A stretch of DNA of 64,000 nucleotides from Chiloscyllium plagiosum (Eukaryota), in contig NC_057719.1 of the NCBI RefSeq assembly GCF_004010195.1, positions 75,594,064 to 75,658,063 of the forward strand, in the 5' to 3' direction. Position numbers and translations under genes: made by a program. The notes under the pieces were generated by a model. That model was not told the DNA's origin. It did no database searches and was given only the letters and a program-made list of their open reading frames with translations. Positions 53,086-64,000 of the stretch are shown here, one piece after another (the stretch's first letter is position 1; the number at the start of each line of letters is the position of its first letter).

Positions 53086-53136
53086 TAGACCCACAACGAG
53101 AGCCCTAGATTTAAATCGTTTTCTTAAAGCAGAAGG
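53086..53136 (+). CDS. Possible 51-nt internal exon (phase 2-2: RPTTRALDLNRFLKAEG)
   Basis: Acceptor tcttctgatttctgcag, donor AGG|gtgagt; only one frame open; no homology recognised. Confidence 0.25.
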
Positions 53137-54180
53137 GTGAGTTTTATTTATTTCCTTCTCTCTTGCTTTCTTTTCAGGCTGGTGGTTAAATCATGAGGGA
53201 GGTGAGGCTTTCCTCTTCAGCTGCCTGAAAACAAATGCAAGAGATGATTTTATTCGAAGGAAATGAATCTCAGATGGCATTTCCTGTCGACTGAAGAGAG
53301 ATGCTTGAAGATAAACCAGCATGAAGCTGTTGTAGAATTTATTAGTTGCTTTCATGCATATAATCCTGGTGCAGAGTGTGGCTTCATTCAGTTGAGAATT
53401 CAGCACACTGATGTGAGATATCATTACTCTCTCTGTGAAGAGACTGAGGTCACATTTGTTAGATTGACTTAAGTGAAAAAGCAGAAGGTATTTCCGGCAA
53501 CTGTGTAGTTGACGATTTGCTTGTGGCAGCTCTCATTTGCAGTCTGCACTTGCCCAGGTTCTCTGAAGCTATGCAATTTAGTTGCTTGATATTCATGATT
53601 GTTCTAATAGCTGCTGCAATAAAGTGCAGAAATCAGACTGGGACATCTGCTTGATAGTGTTGTTCGTTGAAAACATACCGTTTCAAATTTTTATTCACTT
53701 CAGTGGAAAATAAATTTCAGGCAATGAAGATTAGTTACAGTGATATTTGTGCACTTCATGCTTAAGGGATTTCAGAGTCTTTCATTCAGAGGTACTGGAA
53801 TATTTCTCAGACCTGTTAAAGAAAATGACAGTGATACTGCACTTACCTCCTAACCAAGGATATTTTCTTCAGGTCTTCCAAAGTATTATCCAAGATTGTA
53901 AGGTAAATACAGACGAGGAAGACCATGAGGAGAAAATTTGCTCCTTCACTCACAGGGGGAGAAACAGTGTTCTTGATATTGGGTTAAAAAAACTGGGACG
54001 TTGCATGATTCTCAAGTTGTTTGTCGCCACTCTGCAGAACATGCCTCAATCTTTGGATTGAGTTCTTCTGAAATTGACCAGTCCTCCTTTTTGTTGGTGC
54101 CCCTATTTTTAAACTGTCACAGCGTACTCAGGGAAGCACAATATCATCTCTACTTCCTAAGAAGGCTACCAATTTTTATT

Positions 54181-55767
54181 GTAAAAACAATGACTGCAGA
54201 TGCTGGAAACCAGAAATGAGATGTGTTGCAGGGCATCCGCCTCCGCCATATCTGCTCCCAGGAGGACCAGTTCCACCACAGAACACACTAGATGGCCTCC
54301 TTCTTTAGAGACTGCAATTTCCCTTCCATGTGGTTAAAAATGCCCTTCAACGCATCTCGTCCACATCCCGCACCTCCGTCCTCAGACCCCACCCCTCCAA
54401 CCGTAACTAGGACAGAACCCCCCTGGTGCTCACCTTCCACCCTACCAACCTTTGCATAAATTAAATCATCCGCCGATATTTTCACCACCTCCAAACAGAC
54501 CCCACCACCAGGGATATATTTCCCTCCCCACCCCTTTCCGCCTTCCGCAAAGACCGTTCCCTCCGTGACTACCTGGTCAGATCCACGCCCCCCCTACAAC
54601 CCACCCTCCCATCCTGGCACCTTCCCCTGCCACGGTAGGAATTGCAAAACCTGCGCCCACACCTCCTCCCTCACCTCTATCCAAGGCCTTAAAGGAGCCT
54701 TCCACATCCATCAAAGTTTTACCTGCACATCCACTAATATCACTTATTGTATCCGTTGCTCCCGATGCGGTCTCCTCTACATTGGGGAGACTGGACGCCT
54801 CCTAGCAGAGCGCTTTAGGGAACATCTCTGGGATAGCCGCACCAATCAACCACACTGCCCTATGGCCCAACATTTCAACTCTCCCTCCCACTCTGCGAGG
54901 TCATGGAGGTCCTGGGCCTCCATCACCGCCACTCCCTCACCACCTGCGCCTGGAGGAAGAACGCCTCATCTTCCACCTCGGAACACTACAACCCCGGGGT
55001 ATCAATGTGGACTTCAACAGTTTCTTCATTTCCCCTTCCCCCAACTCACCCTAGTTCCAAACTTGCAGCTCAGCACTGTCCCCATGACTTGTCCTACCTG
55101 CCTATCTTCTTTTCCACCTATCCACTCCACCTTCCTCTCTGACCTATCACCTTCATCCCACCCCCATCCACCCATTGTACTCTTTGTTACCTTCCCCCAC
55201 CCTCCTCCNNNNNNNNNNNNNNNNNNNNNNNNNNNNNNNNNNNNNNNNNNNNNNNNNNNNNNNNNNNNNNNNNNNNNNNNNNNNNNNNNNNNNNNNNNNN
55301 NNNNNNNNNNNNNNNNNNNNNNNNNNNNNNNNNNNNNNNNNNNNNNNNNNNNNNNNNNNNNNNNNNNNNNNNNNNNNNNNNNNNNNNNNNNNNNNNNNNN
55401 NNNNNNNNNNNNNNNNNNNNNNNNNNNNNNNNNNNNNNNNNNNNNNNNNNNNNNNNNNNNNNNNNNNNNNNNNNNNNNNNNNNNNNNNNNCTCCTTTTCC
55501 ACCTATCCACTCCACCCTCTCCTCCCTGACCTATCACCTTCATCTCCTCCCCCACTCACCTATTGTACTCTATGCTACTTTCTCCCCACCCCCATCCTCC
55601 TCTAGCTTATCTCTCCACGCTTCAGGCTCTCTGCCTTTATTCCTGATGAAGGGCTTTTGCCTGAAACGTTGATTTTGCTGCTCGTCGGATGCTGCCTGAA
55701 TTGCTGTGCTCTTCCAGCACCACTGATCCAGAATCTGGTTTCCAGCATCTGCAGTCATTGTTTTTAC
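54181..55767 (+). mobile_element. Penelope-like element 3' part with GIY-YIG and 34-bp inverted ends; spans assembly gap
   Basis: ITYCIRCSRCGLLYIGETGRLLAERFREHL; 54181-54214 equals rc of 55734-55767; hammerhead motif 55639-55673. Confidence 0.92.
55209..55490. other. Assembly gap (282 N)
   Basis: N run. Confidence 1.
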
Positions 55768-56358
55768 CTCATGGAAACAGCTCTGCCTAGGACTGTAAGA
55801 AACTACAGAGAGTTGTGAACTTAGCCCAGCCCAGCCTATCACACGGGCCAACTTTCCATCCATTGACACCATCTATATTTCCCGCTCCCTCAGGAAGACA
55901 ACCAACATCATCAAAGATTCCTCCCACCTGGTTAGAATTTCTTCCAATCTCTTCTATTGGGTAGAAGTTTTAACAACTTAAACACACCTGCCAACAGATT
56001 CAAGAACAACTTCTTCCCTACTTTTATTAGACTTCGGAATGGACCTCTCCAATGTTAAATCTAATGTTGACCTTGCTGTTTGTGCACCTTTTCTGCAGCC
56101 GTAACATTGTACTCTTTGTTTTTTTCTTCCTGAATGCACTTTGAATGGTATGACCTGCCCTTACTGCACACAAAATAAACTTTTCACTGTACCTAGGTAC
56201 ATATGAGAATAATAAATTAAATCAAATCAAATTTGCCCTTACAAACAAGCTAAAGATGAAAGTTTGACTTGAAACAGTAGTGTAGCAAAAAAAACCTCAA
56301 TAATAACTTTAAAAATCACACAACACCAGGTTATAGTGCAACAGGTTTAATTGGAAGC

Positions 56359-56396
56359 ACCCTAGCTTTCGGAGCGACGCTCCTTCATCAGGTGAT
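56359..56396 (-). ncRNA. Minimal type I hammerhead ribozyme motif (opposite-strand copy)
   Basis: Exact reverse complement of the motif at 56419-56456. Confidence 0.7.
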
Positions 56397-56418
56397 TGTG
56401 GAGGGCTCGATCGTAACA

Positions 56419-56456
56419 ATCACCTGATGAAGGAGCGTCGCTCCGAAAGCTAGGGT
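56419..56456 (+). ncRNA. Minimal type I hammerhead ribozyme motif
   Basis: cac CTGATGA a ggagc-gtc-gctcc GAAA gc TA; perfect stem II, palindromic AGCT in place of stem III. Confidence 0.7.
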
Positions 56457-56978
56457 GCTTCCAATTAAACCTGTTGGACTATAACCTGGTGTTGTGTGAT
56501 TTTTAACTTTGTACACCCCAGTCCAACACCGGCATCTCCAAATCAATAATAACTTGATCACCATGTCCATAATTTCAAAACGGAGAGCAGTGTTTTAATG
56601 GGTGGTCAGGCCAAAATCATCTGGTTTGCCCTATTGTCTAAATTGAAAATTTCCCACATAGAAGCAAAGTGTCATGGACACTGGAGATCTGAAATAACAA
56701 CAGAAGGTGCTGGAGAAAGTCAGCAGGCCTGGTAGCATCTGTAGAGAGAGAGAAAAAGAGTTCCAAAGTACAGTCTTATTGGACTCGACATGTTAACTCT
56801 GTTTCTCTCTCCCCAGATGCTGCCAGACCTGCGGAAGGTATAAAGATCTTATACTTTATAATATCTTGGATCTCTTGGAGCATGATAGTCTACTGGAAAT
56901 AAGACACCTGAGGGATGTAATGCTTGTACATAATTGTCAGTTGTAATAAACCTCTGTCAGATTCTTCGACGTTATCTG

Positions 56979-57322
56979 GATGGCATTGTGGCTCAGTGGT
57001 TAGCACTGCTGCCTCACGGCGCCAGGCACCTGGGTTCGATTCCAGCCGCAGGTGACTGTCTGTGTGGAGTTTGCACATTCTCCCCGTGTCTGCTTGGGTT
57101 TCGTCTGGGTGCTCTGGTTTCCTCCCACAGTCCAAAGATGTTCAGGTTAGGTGGATTGGCCATACTAAGTTGCCCATACTTTCAGGGATATACAGGCTAG
57201 GTAGATAAGCCATGGGAAATGTGGGGCCACAGATATGATCGGTGAGTGGGATGCTCTTCAGAGGGTTGATGTGGACTTGATGGGCTGGATGGCCTCCTTC
57301 CACACTGTAGGCCTTCTATGAC
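56979..57322 (+). mobile_element. HE1 SINE (only + strand copy)
   Basis: tggctcagtggttagcactg A box, ggttcgattcc B box, V core, tail. Confidence 0.95.
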
Positions 57323-57614
57323 ATATGTCTCTCATTTTCTAATGTTCTGAGGAAAACATAAACTCACACCAGAGGAGTTGTGACAATTTTCAATCCTCAT
57401 AATAGGGTAACAATTGGAAATGATTTGGGAAACACAGTCCTAAAGTGAGGGGCAGCGATCGCACCTCCAATCAGTTAACATTCCTTGGAGTGATCATTTC
57501 CTGCTGATTGATTAGGGCAGGTAATCCAGCCCGTTGTAACAGAAAGGGATCCCTGCTGATACATTGTAAAATAAAAATTCACATTGTTTTGTTTGGCTTG
57601 AGTTAGATATAGAG

Positions 57615-57712
57615 TTTCCCAATGAAGGGCTTGTGCCTGAAACGTCAACTCTCCTGCTCTTCGGATGCTGCCTGACCTGCTGTACTTTTCCAGTGCCACA
57701 CTTTATCAACTT
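57615..57712 (+). mobile_element. Penelope-like terminus, degenerate hammerhead
   Basis: atgaagggcttgtgcctgaaacgtc...ggatgctgcctgacctgctg. Confidence 0.8.
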
Positions 57713-59806
57713 TGAGTCAGATATACAAAGCCAAGTTTCAGATTGCTGACATGAATTCGGCTTTAAGGTTGCAGGACTGAGTTTGGGTGAATTTCATCCA
57801 TACTTGCGCCGGGCTGCTTCGTCGAGTGCCAAAGGCAGACAAGAAGAGTTGCTTCTGGACAAATAATCAATCCACTAATGATGGTGGAGAATGTCATCCA
57901 GATTACTAACCATGTGCACAGATAGAGGAAGATGCATGTTAAGTTACTAGCTGCATTACTGTTGAGAATTGGCAGTGATTGAGAGGAAATACTAAGCTAA
58001 TGGAGTAATAGCCAGGGGTGTAGGCTACTGTGCTGTTGCGCTAACTGGATAAAGGAATGTACTGCAATCACCAAACCAGTAATGAGCAAGTAGGTCAGTG
58101 GATTAAAAAATGTAGCTTAATCTATAATGAAATGGCTGGTGCTTTCACAAAGTGGTAAACATCTTGAATGGGATTTGAAAGGACATTGAAAGCTAAGATT
58201 ATAAGTTTGGTTATTTATTGCAAACTGACTGCAAAGCTTCAATCAATCGGGTTGGAACCTAAGCATCGATTGCATCCCTCTTTATTGTGAATGGAACAGA
58301 TTTTGGATTTTCGAAATACAAGAAAGCTAACTCTGACAGTGTGACAAATTGTTTAGCTTTAATGAGCAACTCTAGCTCTTAAATGCAAAATTTTTTGGAT
58401 TCTGTTTCACACCACAAGCTGTCTAATTTGCTCAGTGGGAAGACAATTACATCAAAATAGGAGTTTGGAACTGTAATCCATTTTTAATTGCAGAGACGCT
58501 ATGTTAAAGGAAAGAGTTATTGTCCAATCTTTGATTAAAATAACTATCAAACAGACTGTAATTTATTACAAAGCAGCAATGAGTGTGACGAGAATTTACT
58601 GGTATGGTCGTAATGCAGACTCTTTAACATATTAATAAATGGATTTGAGGGATTCAATTGAACATAAGGTCAGGTCGCATAGTTGTTTGTTTTATTTCCA
58701 AGTTGAAGTAATAGCATGCTCTACTAGATGCAGTTATATACAACTCAAAAGTGGGAAGAGCTGCAGTCTTTGACCAGACGTAATGAACTGAATGCAGTAT
58801 TTTACAGGTGCACTGCTGAATCCCAAATCTTTACTCGCTAAGTGAGGGATGAACACAACGGCAGCATGTCATCTATTTATGGAAATCATGAGCATCGCTG
58901 TAGCTATATTGTTACACAGTGCTGCTGGACTTCTGCTGGTATTGGGTTTTGAACTTCTGAGAAGTCTTGTTAGAAATAGCGTGTAATTATGGGATTACCA
59001 GCCAAGATTGCACAGTGTACTTCCCAACAAGAAAGCAAAAATCATCTTTAAGAAATGGCAGTCTCATAAGGTCGGGGGACATGGGGAAGCAGAATTGGGA
59101 ATGCAGATGTTAAGTTTTGACGCAGTTGGAGCTATAACATGCAATCACAAATTCCTCAGCAAAGATTGCTACCTATTTCAATTGGCTATTGGTTTTACAT
59201 TATGATGATGTCTGTATTCCTCTATTACCTTTTTGAAGTGTTTCAATCACATTTCTTTAGCATAAGAATAGGCTCAGGCTACGGCTTTGGGTCTTCGATT
59301 CAAATCTCATCATAGTTGCAGAGGGCACTTGCCTTCTATTAATAAGGTCTGGAATCTAAAGCTGGCCTCATTAATGGTGACTGTGACAACATAATTGATT
59401 GTTATTAAAATGAAATTCCATTTGGTTCACAGTTGCCCTTTTTGGAAGTAAATTTACCATCTTACCTAGTCTGGTGTACCTCCAGATCCACAGTCATGTT
59501 GTTGACTCTTAACTGCTTGTTGAAATGGCCCAGCATGCCACTCAGTTCAGGGCACAATTAAGATTGGGCATCAAATGTTGGCCTTGCTGGTGACACCCAG
59601 CAATAAAATGAAGAAAAACAGCAAATATTAATCTTGCAGGGGAGAGAACCATATAGTGTGTGATATATTCCAATAGCAGAAGTACACTCTGAGCTATAAG
59701 CTTTTGAACCTGCTAAGATTAATGTAAATAGCGAGTTTTGAGAAGATTTGTGACTCAGGTTGAGGTTCTGGATGTAGGTTTGCTCACTGAGCTGGAAGGT
59801 TCATTT

Positions 59807-59846
59807 CCAGACATTTCATCACCCTACTAGGTAACATCTTCAGTGG
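59807..59846 (-). ncRNA. Minimal hammerhead ribozyme motif (opposite strand)
   Basis: rc: ca CTGAAGA t gttacc-tagtag-ggtgat GAAA tg TC tg. Confidence 0.6.
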
Positions 59847-60012
59847 GCCTCCGGGGGAAGCACTGCTGATATTTCTTGCTTTCTATTTATATGTTTGGGT
59901 TTCTTTGGGTTGGTGATGTCATTTCCTGTGACATTCATGACATCACCAACCCAAAGAAACTCAAACATATAAATAGAAAGCAGGAATTATCAGCAGTGCT
60001 TTGCCCGGAGGC

Positions 60013-60052
60013 TCACTGAAGAGGTTACCTAGTAGGATGATGAAACGTCTGG
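60013..60052 (+). ncRNA. Minimal hammerhead ribozyme motif
   Basis: ca CTGAAGA g gttacc-tagta-ggatgat GAAA cg TC tg; ACGT palindrome and GUC triplet. Confidence 0.6.
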
Positions 60053-61329
60053 AAATGAACCTTCCAGCTCAGCAAGCAAACCTATATCCAGAATTCATGT
60101 AAATACTTACGATAAGGATGTGAATATTGCACATAGTGATATTGAACCTAGGAAATTGCTGACCACATGTTAGTTTACTATTTGTAATTTTAATATGAAA
60201 ATAATGGATTTGGCAATGCCAACATCCTCTGGTCCCTTTTATTGGGTAGAAATGTGTAAACAGTCAAGTGCAATATAAAAAGACGAGTGTTTTTCTTGAG
60301 TGGTAAATGGAGTGCTGTGTGCTTGGGGAAGGAGAGAGCTGAATCCCTGGCTAATTGCAAATTAAAGGAGTGTAGGACTGGGACAGTTCTCACTAGGACA
60401 GTCCAGGATGACTGGAGTGTGTGTCAAAACTATCAGGGATGGAAGGGCTAGATCATGTACTATTGTTTCCTTGTATCCTTGGCTTGGCTAACCTGTGAGA
60501 TTGAATTATCCCACACAATGGGACAGTCTATTGCTGGATTCTATTGTGTTGGTGATGGTAATGTCACTGGGGTAGCTATCAAGAGTTCAAGCTGGCTCCC
60601 TTGGTTCACATCCCTCTCTACGGCAGTGGATGGAATTAAATTCAGTTTGAACAATCTGGAATTATAAGTTACTGTCAGTAATGGTGACCATGAGACTATC
60701 ATTGGTGAAACTCATCTAGCTCACTGATATCCTTTAGGCAAGCGAACTTCCATCTTTTCCTCACCTGGCCTACATGTGACTCTAAACCATAGCAGTGTGG
60801 TTAACCAAACTACCCTCTGTAATAATCTAAGGAGCCAATCATCTCAAGGACATTTAGCGATGGCATGAATTGTTGAGCTTGCCAATGGGACCCATGCCAA
60901 TGGAAGAATAAATTAAGATAAAAATGCATCATTATCAAAGTACAAACCACACTAGGCAACTCATTATGTGAAAAGAGAAACTAAGTAAACACTACTATTT
61001 GTGTTTATAAGCTTTTAAAGTGAGCATGCATGCATACAAACACACACAATTAACTGTATGTACATAATAGACCAATGACCAATCCTGGTGTGCTGGTTTC
61101 TGAATATTCAAAATATATTGTCATCTTTCATCATGATCACACTTTTTCTTTCAAGACAGGTCTTGTTTGTCTGGGAAATCAGTCTGCTCCCACTACTTAA
61201 AAAATTTAAGACTGAAATTTGAAAGTTAGAACTGTGAGATGTGGTATTCTTGCATCTGTCCTGATGAGTGCAAGCTGAAAATCTTAGGCAGCATGTCTCT
61301 TTTATAAAGGGCACTTTTAAAGAGAAGTC

Positions 61330-61440
61330 AGTTTGATTTGATTTGATTTTTTTTCATCACATGCACCTCAGTACAGTGGAAAGCTTTGCTTTGCAAACAG
61401 TACAGGAAGATCACAGCAAACAGGAACAAACAGACCATAG
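61330..61440 (-). mobile_element. Rex1-like 3' tail remnant
   Basis: (gattt)n plus gtacagtggaaag, rc of the tail at ~56160-56231. Confidence 0.6.
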
Positions 61441-62049
61441 GCTGCTTAGACAGAGAAGTGCGGAATGCTTATAAGAAATGTGAGAATAAGATCCACTGTA
61501 GAGACCTTGCAAAGAGTCACCCAATGTTGCTGTCATCTTGAATCTGAGAGAAGGTTTAGTCTGTTTGCATGCAATAAAGTCCCAGGAAACAGCAGTGGGA
61601 TAAGGGATCAGATATTTTGTTTTAGTTATGTTAGCTGTGAATAAATATCATATGGGAGGACCACTGTAATCTTAAGATTTTCATGGTGTCTTTTAACATC
61701 ACTAGAGAGAGTAGCCAGCATCTCTAACAGTGACACTCTCCTTGTTGTCAGATAGATTTTGGGTCAGACTGAGGCTTGGACCCATAACATTCTGATTTAG
61801 AAATAAGCATTTTACCACTAAATCCAAATTGACATCCTTGTCCTCTTTTCTCACAACCCTCTCCCATTTATCACCTGTGGCTATTCCTATATCAATCTAG
61901 TGCCCTGTTCTCAACCATCTTTCTTAAGAGCTTTCCACTCTGAAAAAAATGCATTCTGAAATGTGTGCTCTAACTTGACCTTAGCAACCATGAATCAGTA
62001 TCCTTTTGTCCCATTGCCTGACAGTTGCCAGGGGGACAGAGGAAGCACT

Positions 62050-62360
62050 TCAGTGATCCCCTCAAGGCATTCCCGCCAAAACCTGGGAATCACTGGCCCA
62101 AGACCGTTCAAGGTAGAGGAGGAGCATCCAGGAAGGTGTCGAGCGGCTTGAGACTTGCCTAAAGGGAAAAAAATGGAAGCCAGGCACAAGCAGCAAAAGG
62201 AACGCACTGTCACACCAATGCCTCACCACTCCTTCCCACAACCAACTTCTGTCCTAAGTGTAACAGAGCCTGCAGTAGCTGTATCAATCTGAACAGCTGT
62301 CTACAGACTCACCCTAAAGAGAGTCTTCCTCATCTGCGACAGACTGCCGATGATGATGAT
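62050..62360 (+). mobile_element. RTE-clade LINE 3' end
   Basis: WESLAQDRSR*RRSIQEG, zinc finger CPKCNRACSSCINLNSCLQTH, (gat)n tail. Confidence 0.85.
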
Positions 62361-63739
62361 AGTATTATTTTAGAATCAGTTTCCTCTACCTTGTGGAGCA
62401 TATGTATTTTTAGGAACTTTCACCTACATGTGCCATCGCCTTTGAATGCAGATCTTATTTGCTGCTTGCTAATAATTGCCCTTAGTCTCAGAAAGAAATT
62501 GATAATATTCTTGTGAGGTGGTGTTAAAGACAAGAGTGCACTTTCATTATTGTTTTGACTTTCACACATCAACATCAAACGCCATGTGTTTGACATTCAT
62601 AAGCTGTTGTAGGGGATGCCACTGGGACATCTTATATAGTTGCACATCTGAAAAAGCTGGCATTCATGTTCTTTTAATGTTGAGAAAAGGCTTTGCAGAA
62701 GCGGTCCTTCAGGCAGAGCTGTCAGCAGCTGACAAGAAAGTTCTCGTGCGTGACTGGGACAGCATCAGAAGTTTATTGTATCTGCTTTCCATTAACAATA
62801 AGAATTGCTAGATACTTCAGCAAGCTCTTGCTTTATGTAGTGATGCACAAAGATGCAACAAAAACGTTACCTCGAGGGAAAGTAGTTTTGCAGTAATAAC
62901 TGAAGGGGATATTCAGGATTTGTTAAGTACAGAAGGCTCTGGTTTTGCCCAGTTTTCAAGTGTGTGTTTAGCTCCGTAAGCCCGTATCCAAAGTAGAAGT
63001 TTGAGTACTTCGAGCTTGTTACACCCATTTTGTTGAAACGCTGAGTTTGTTGAGCAGTTTTCCCTCATTAGTTAGATGTTTGCTCCTTCGGATCTAAACT
63101 ATTCAGTCGGAAAATTAGATTCCCTGGTCTGGTCTTTCGATTGGTTATGTAGCGTCTAAATCAGATCTCCATTTTTTGCCTGCATGTCAAGGTTGTTTGT
63201 GTCTTTAAAGCAAAATGCTGCACAATCAAAAGCAGAAAAGCTTGGAGAAAGTCATCATCTGTGCAGAGAGAAACTGAGTTAATGTTTCAAGTCTGATATC
63301 AATTTGCTTCAGAACTGAACGGACTCGAAATGTTAACTCTGTTCTTCTCTCTCCACAGATGCTACCAGAGTTTCTCCAGCAATTTATGCTCCTGCATCAA
63401 AAGTGCTCCACTGACTGTTGAGCACCCTGAGATCATCAATGGCCAAGTGAAAATGAACAAGAGTCTTTATTTAAACATTGGAGACATATTGTATGAGTTA
63501 CTCAGTGATTTATAAATGGCACAGAGTTCTGCTGGCCTTGGAAGGGGAGCTGGGCTGGTTTCATCATTGGCATCATGAGGATGTTGAAAGGAACAAAGGC
63601 CCATTTGCAGTTACTCCTTTCTATTGCTCAGAAATACACACCAAAGCAGTTTCCTTTATTGAAGTGCAACATTTACATCATTTGAAAAAGACCCCCAACA
63701 GAAGCTCATAGAAACTAACGTGGACCAATTCAGCGAGGC

Positions 63740-64000
63740 ATTAGCCGAGTGGTATTATCACTGGACTATTAATCCAGACATCCAGATAACATGCTGGGGA
63801 CCAGGGTTCAAATCCCACCACAGCAGATGGTGAAATTTGAATCCAATAAAAATATCTGGAATGAAGAATATAGTGACAACCATGAATCGACTATCAGAAA
63901 ATCCCATCTGGTTCATTAATCTCTGTTAAGGAAGGAAACTGCCATTCTTACCTAGTCTAGCTTCCTTGTGACTCCAGACCCATGGCAATGTGTTGGATCT
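63740..64000 (+). mobile_element. tRNA-SINE (38305 family), runs off window
   Basis: agtggtattatcactggac...ggttcaaatccc...gtgactccagacccatggcaatgtg. Confidence 0.75.

Larger units (their letters stand above)
54120..56231 (+). mobile_element. Rex1/Babar LINE 3' fragment split by Penelope (54120-54172 and 55768-56231)
   Basis: EAQYHLYFLRRL; KKLQRVVN, PSIDTIY, NIIKDSSH, NRFKNNFFP; (aaatc)n tail. Confidence 0.85.
56310..56542. mobile_element. Fold-back PLE-derived element with 13-bp TSD
   Basis: Arms 56310-56399 / 56416-56505 (1 mismatch in 90); TSD tcaataataactt 56297-56309 / 56543-56555. Confidence 0.9.
59731..60096. mobile_element. Second fold-back element (different family) with TSD
   Basis: Arms 59766-59922 / 59937-60093, 14-nt loop; atgtaaata duplicated at 59722-59730 / 60097-60105. 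Confidence 0.85.

Noticed and set aside
53178..53201. Strong acceptor at 53177 and possible 24-nt exon
   Set aside because: Only 41 nt from the donor at 53137, too short for a normal intron; no further support
54565..55672. Long ORFs of up to 346 aa
   Set aside because: Read through the N gap; real content is a Penelope GIY-YIG fragment
56979..57060. tRNA gene
   Set aside because: A/B boxes belong to the HE1 SINE head; the same applies to the other tRNA-like heads
62518..62811. ORF containing EKAGIHVLLML, reminiscent of the IL-15 leader TEAGIHVFILG
   Set aside because: No suitable splice acceptor or donor and no other IL-15 exon found; likely chance

Overview
Repeat-dominated, largely non-coding DNA from a cartilaginous fish. 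This is inferred from HE1-type V-SINEs, HER1/CR1 LINEs and Deu-domain SINEs, and is probably a shark. Almost every long ORF in the track is a decayed retroelement (Penelope RT/GIY-YIG, CR1, RTE, Rex1) or a SINE artefact, and no complete host gene can be assembled. The best host-gene signal is a repeat-free, CpG-retaining stretch at about 22.3-23.1 kb with NF-kB-like sites. It ends in a candidate + strand first coding exon (strong Kozak ATG, hydrophobic 31-aa leader, CAG|GTGAGT donor). Most notable structures: (i) about a dozen minimal hammerhead-ribozyme motifs in Penelope-like termini of at least 4 families, including two TSD-flanked fold-back elements with a ribozyme on each strand and one tandem ribozyme pair; (ii) a three-layer nest, SINE < Penelope < CpG-rich solo LTR, with intact TSDs; (iii) an unclassified element with ~250-bp TIRs (TGT...ACA); (iv) an RTE LINE with twin-priming-like inversion geometry; (v) an isolated 60-bp internal Penelope fragment resembling a templated insertion. 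Family names come from recalled motifs, not database searches, and boundaries of old repeats are approximate.
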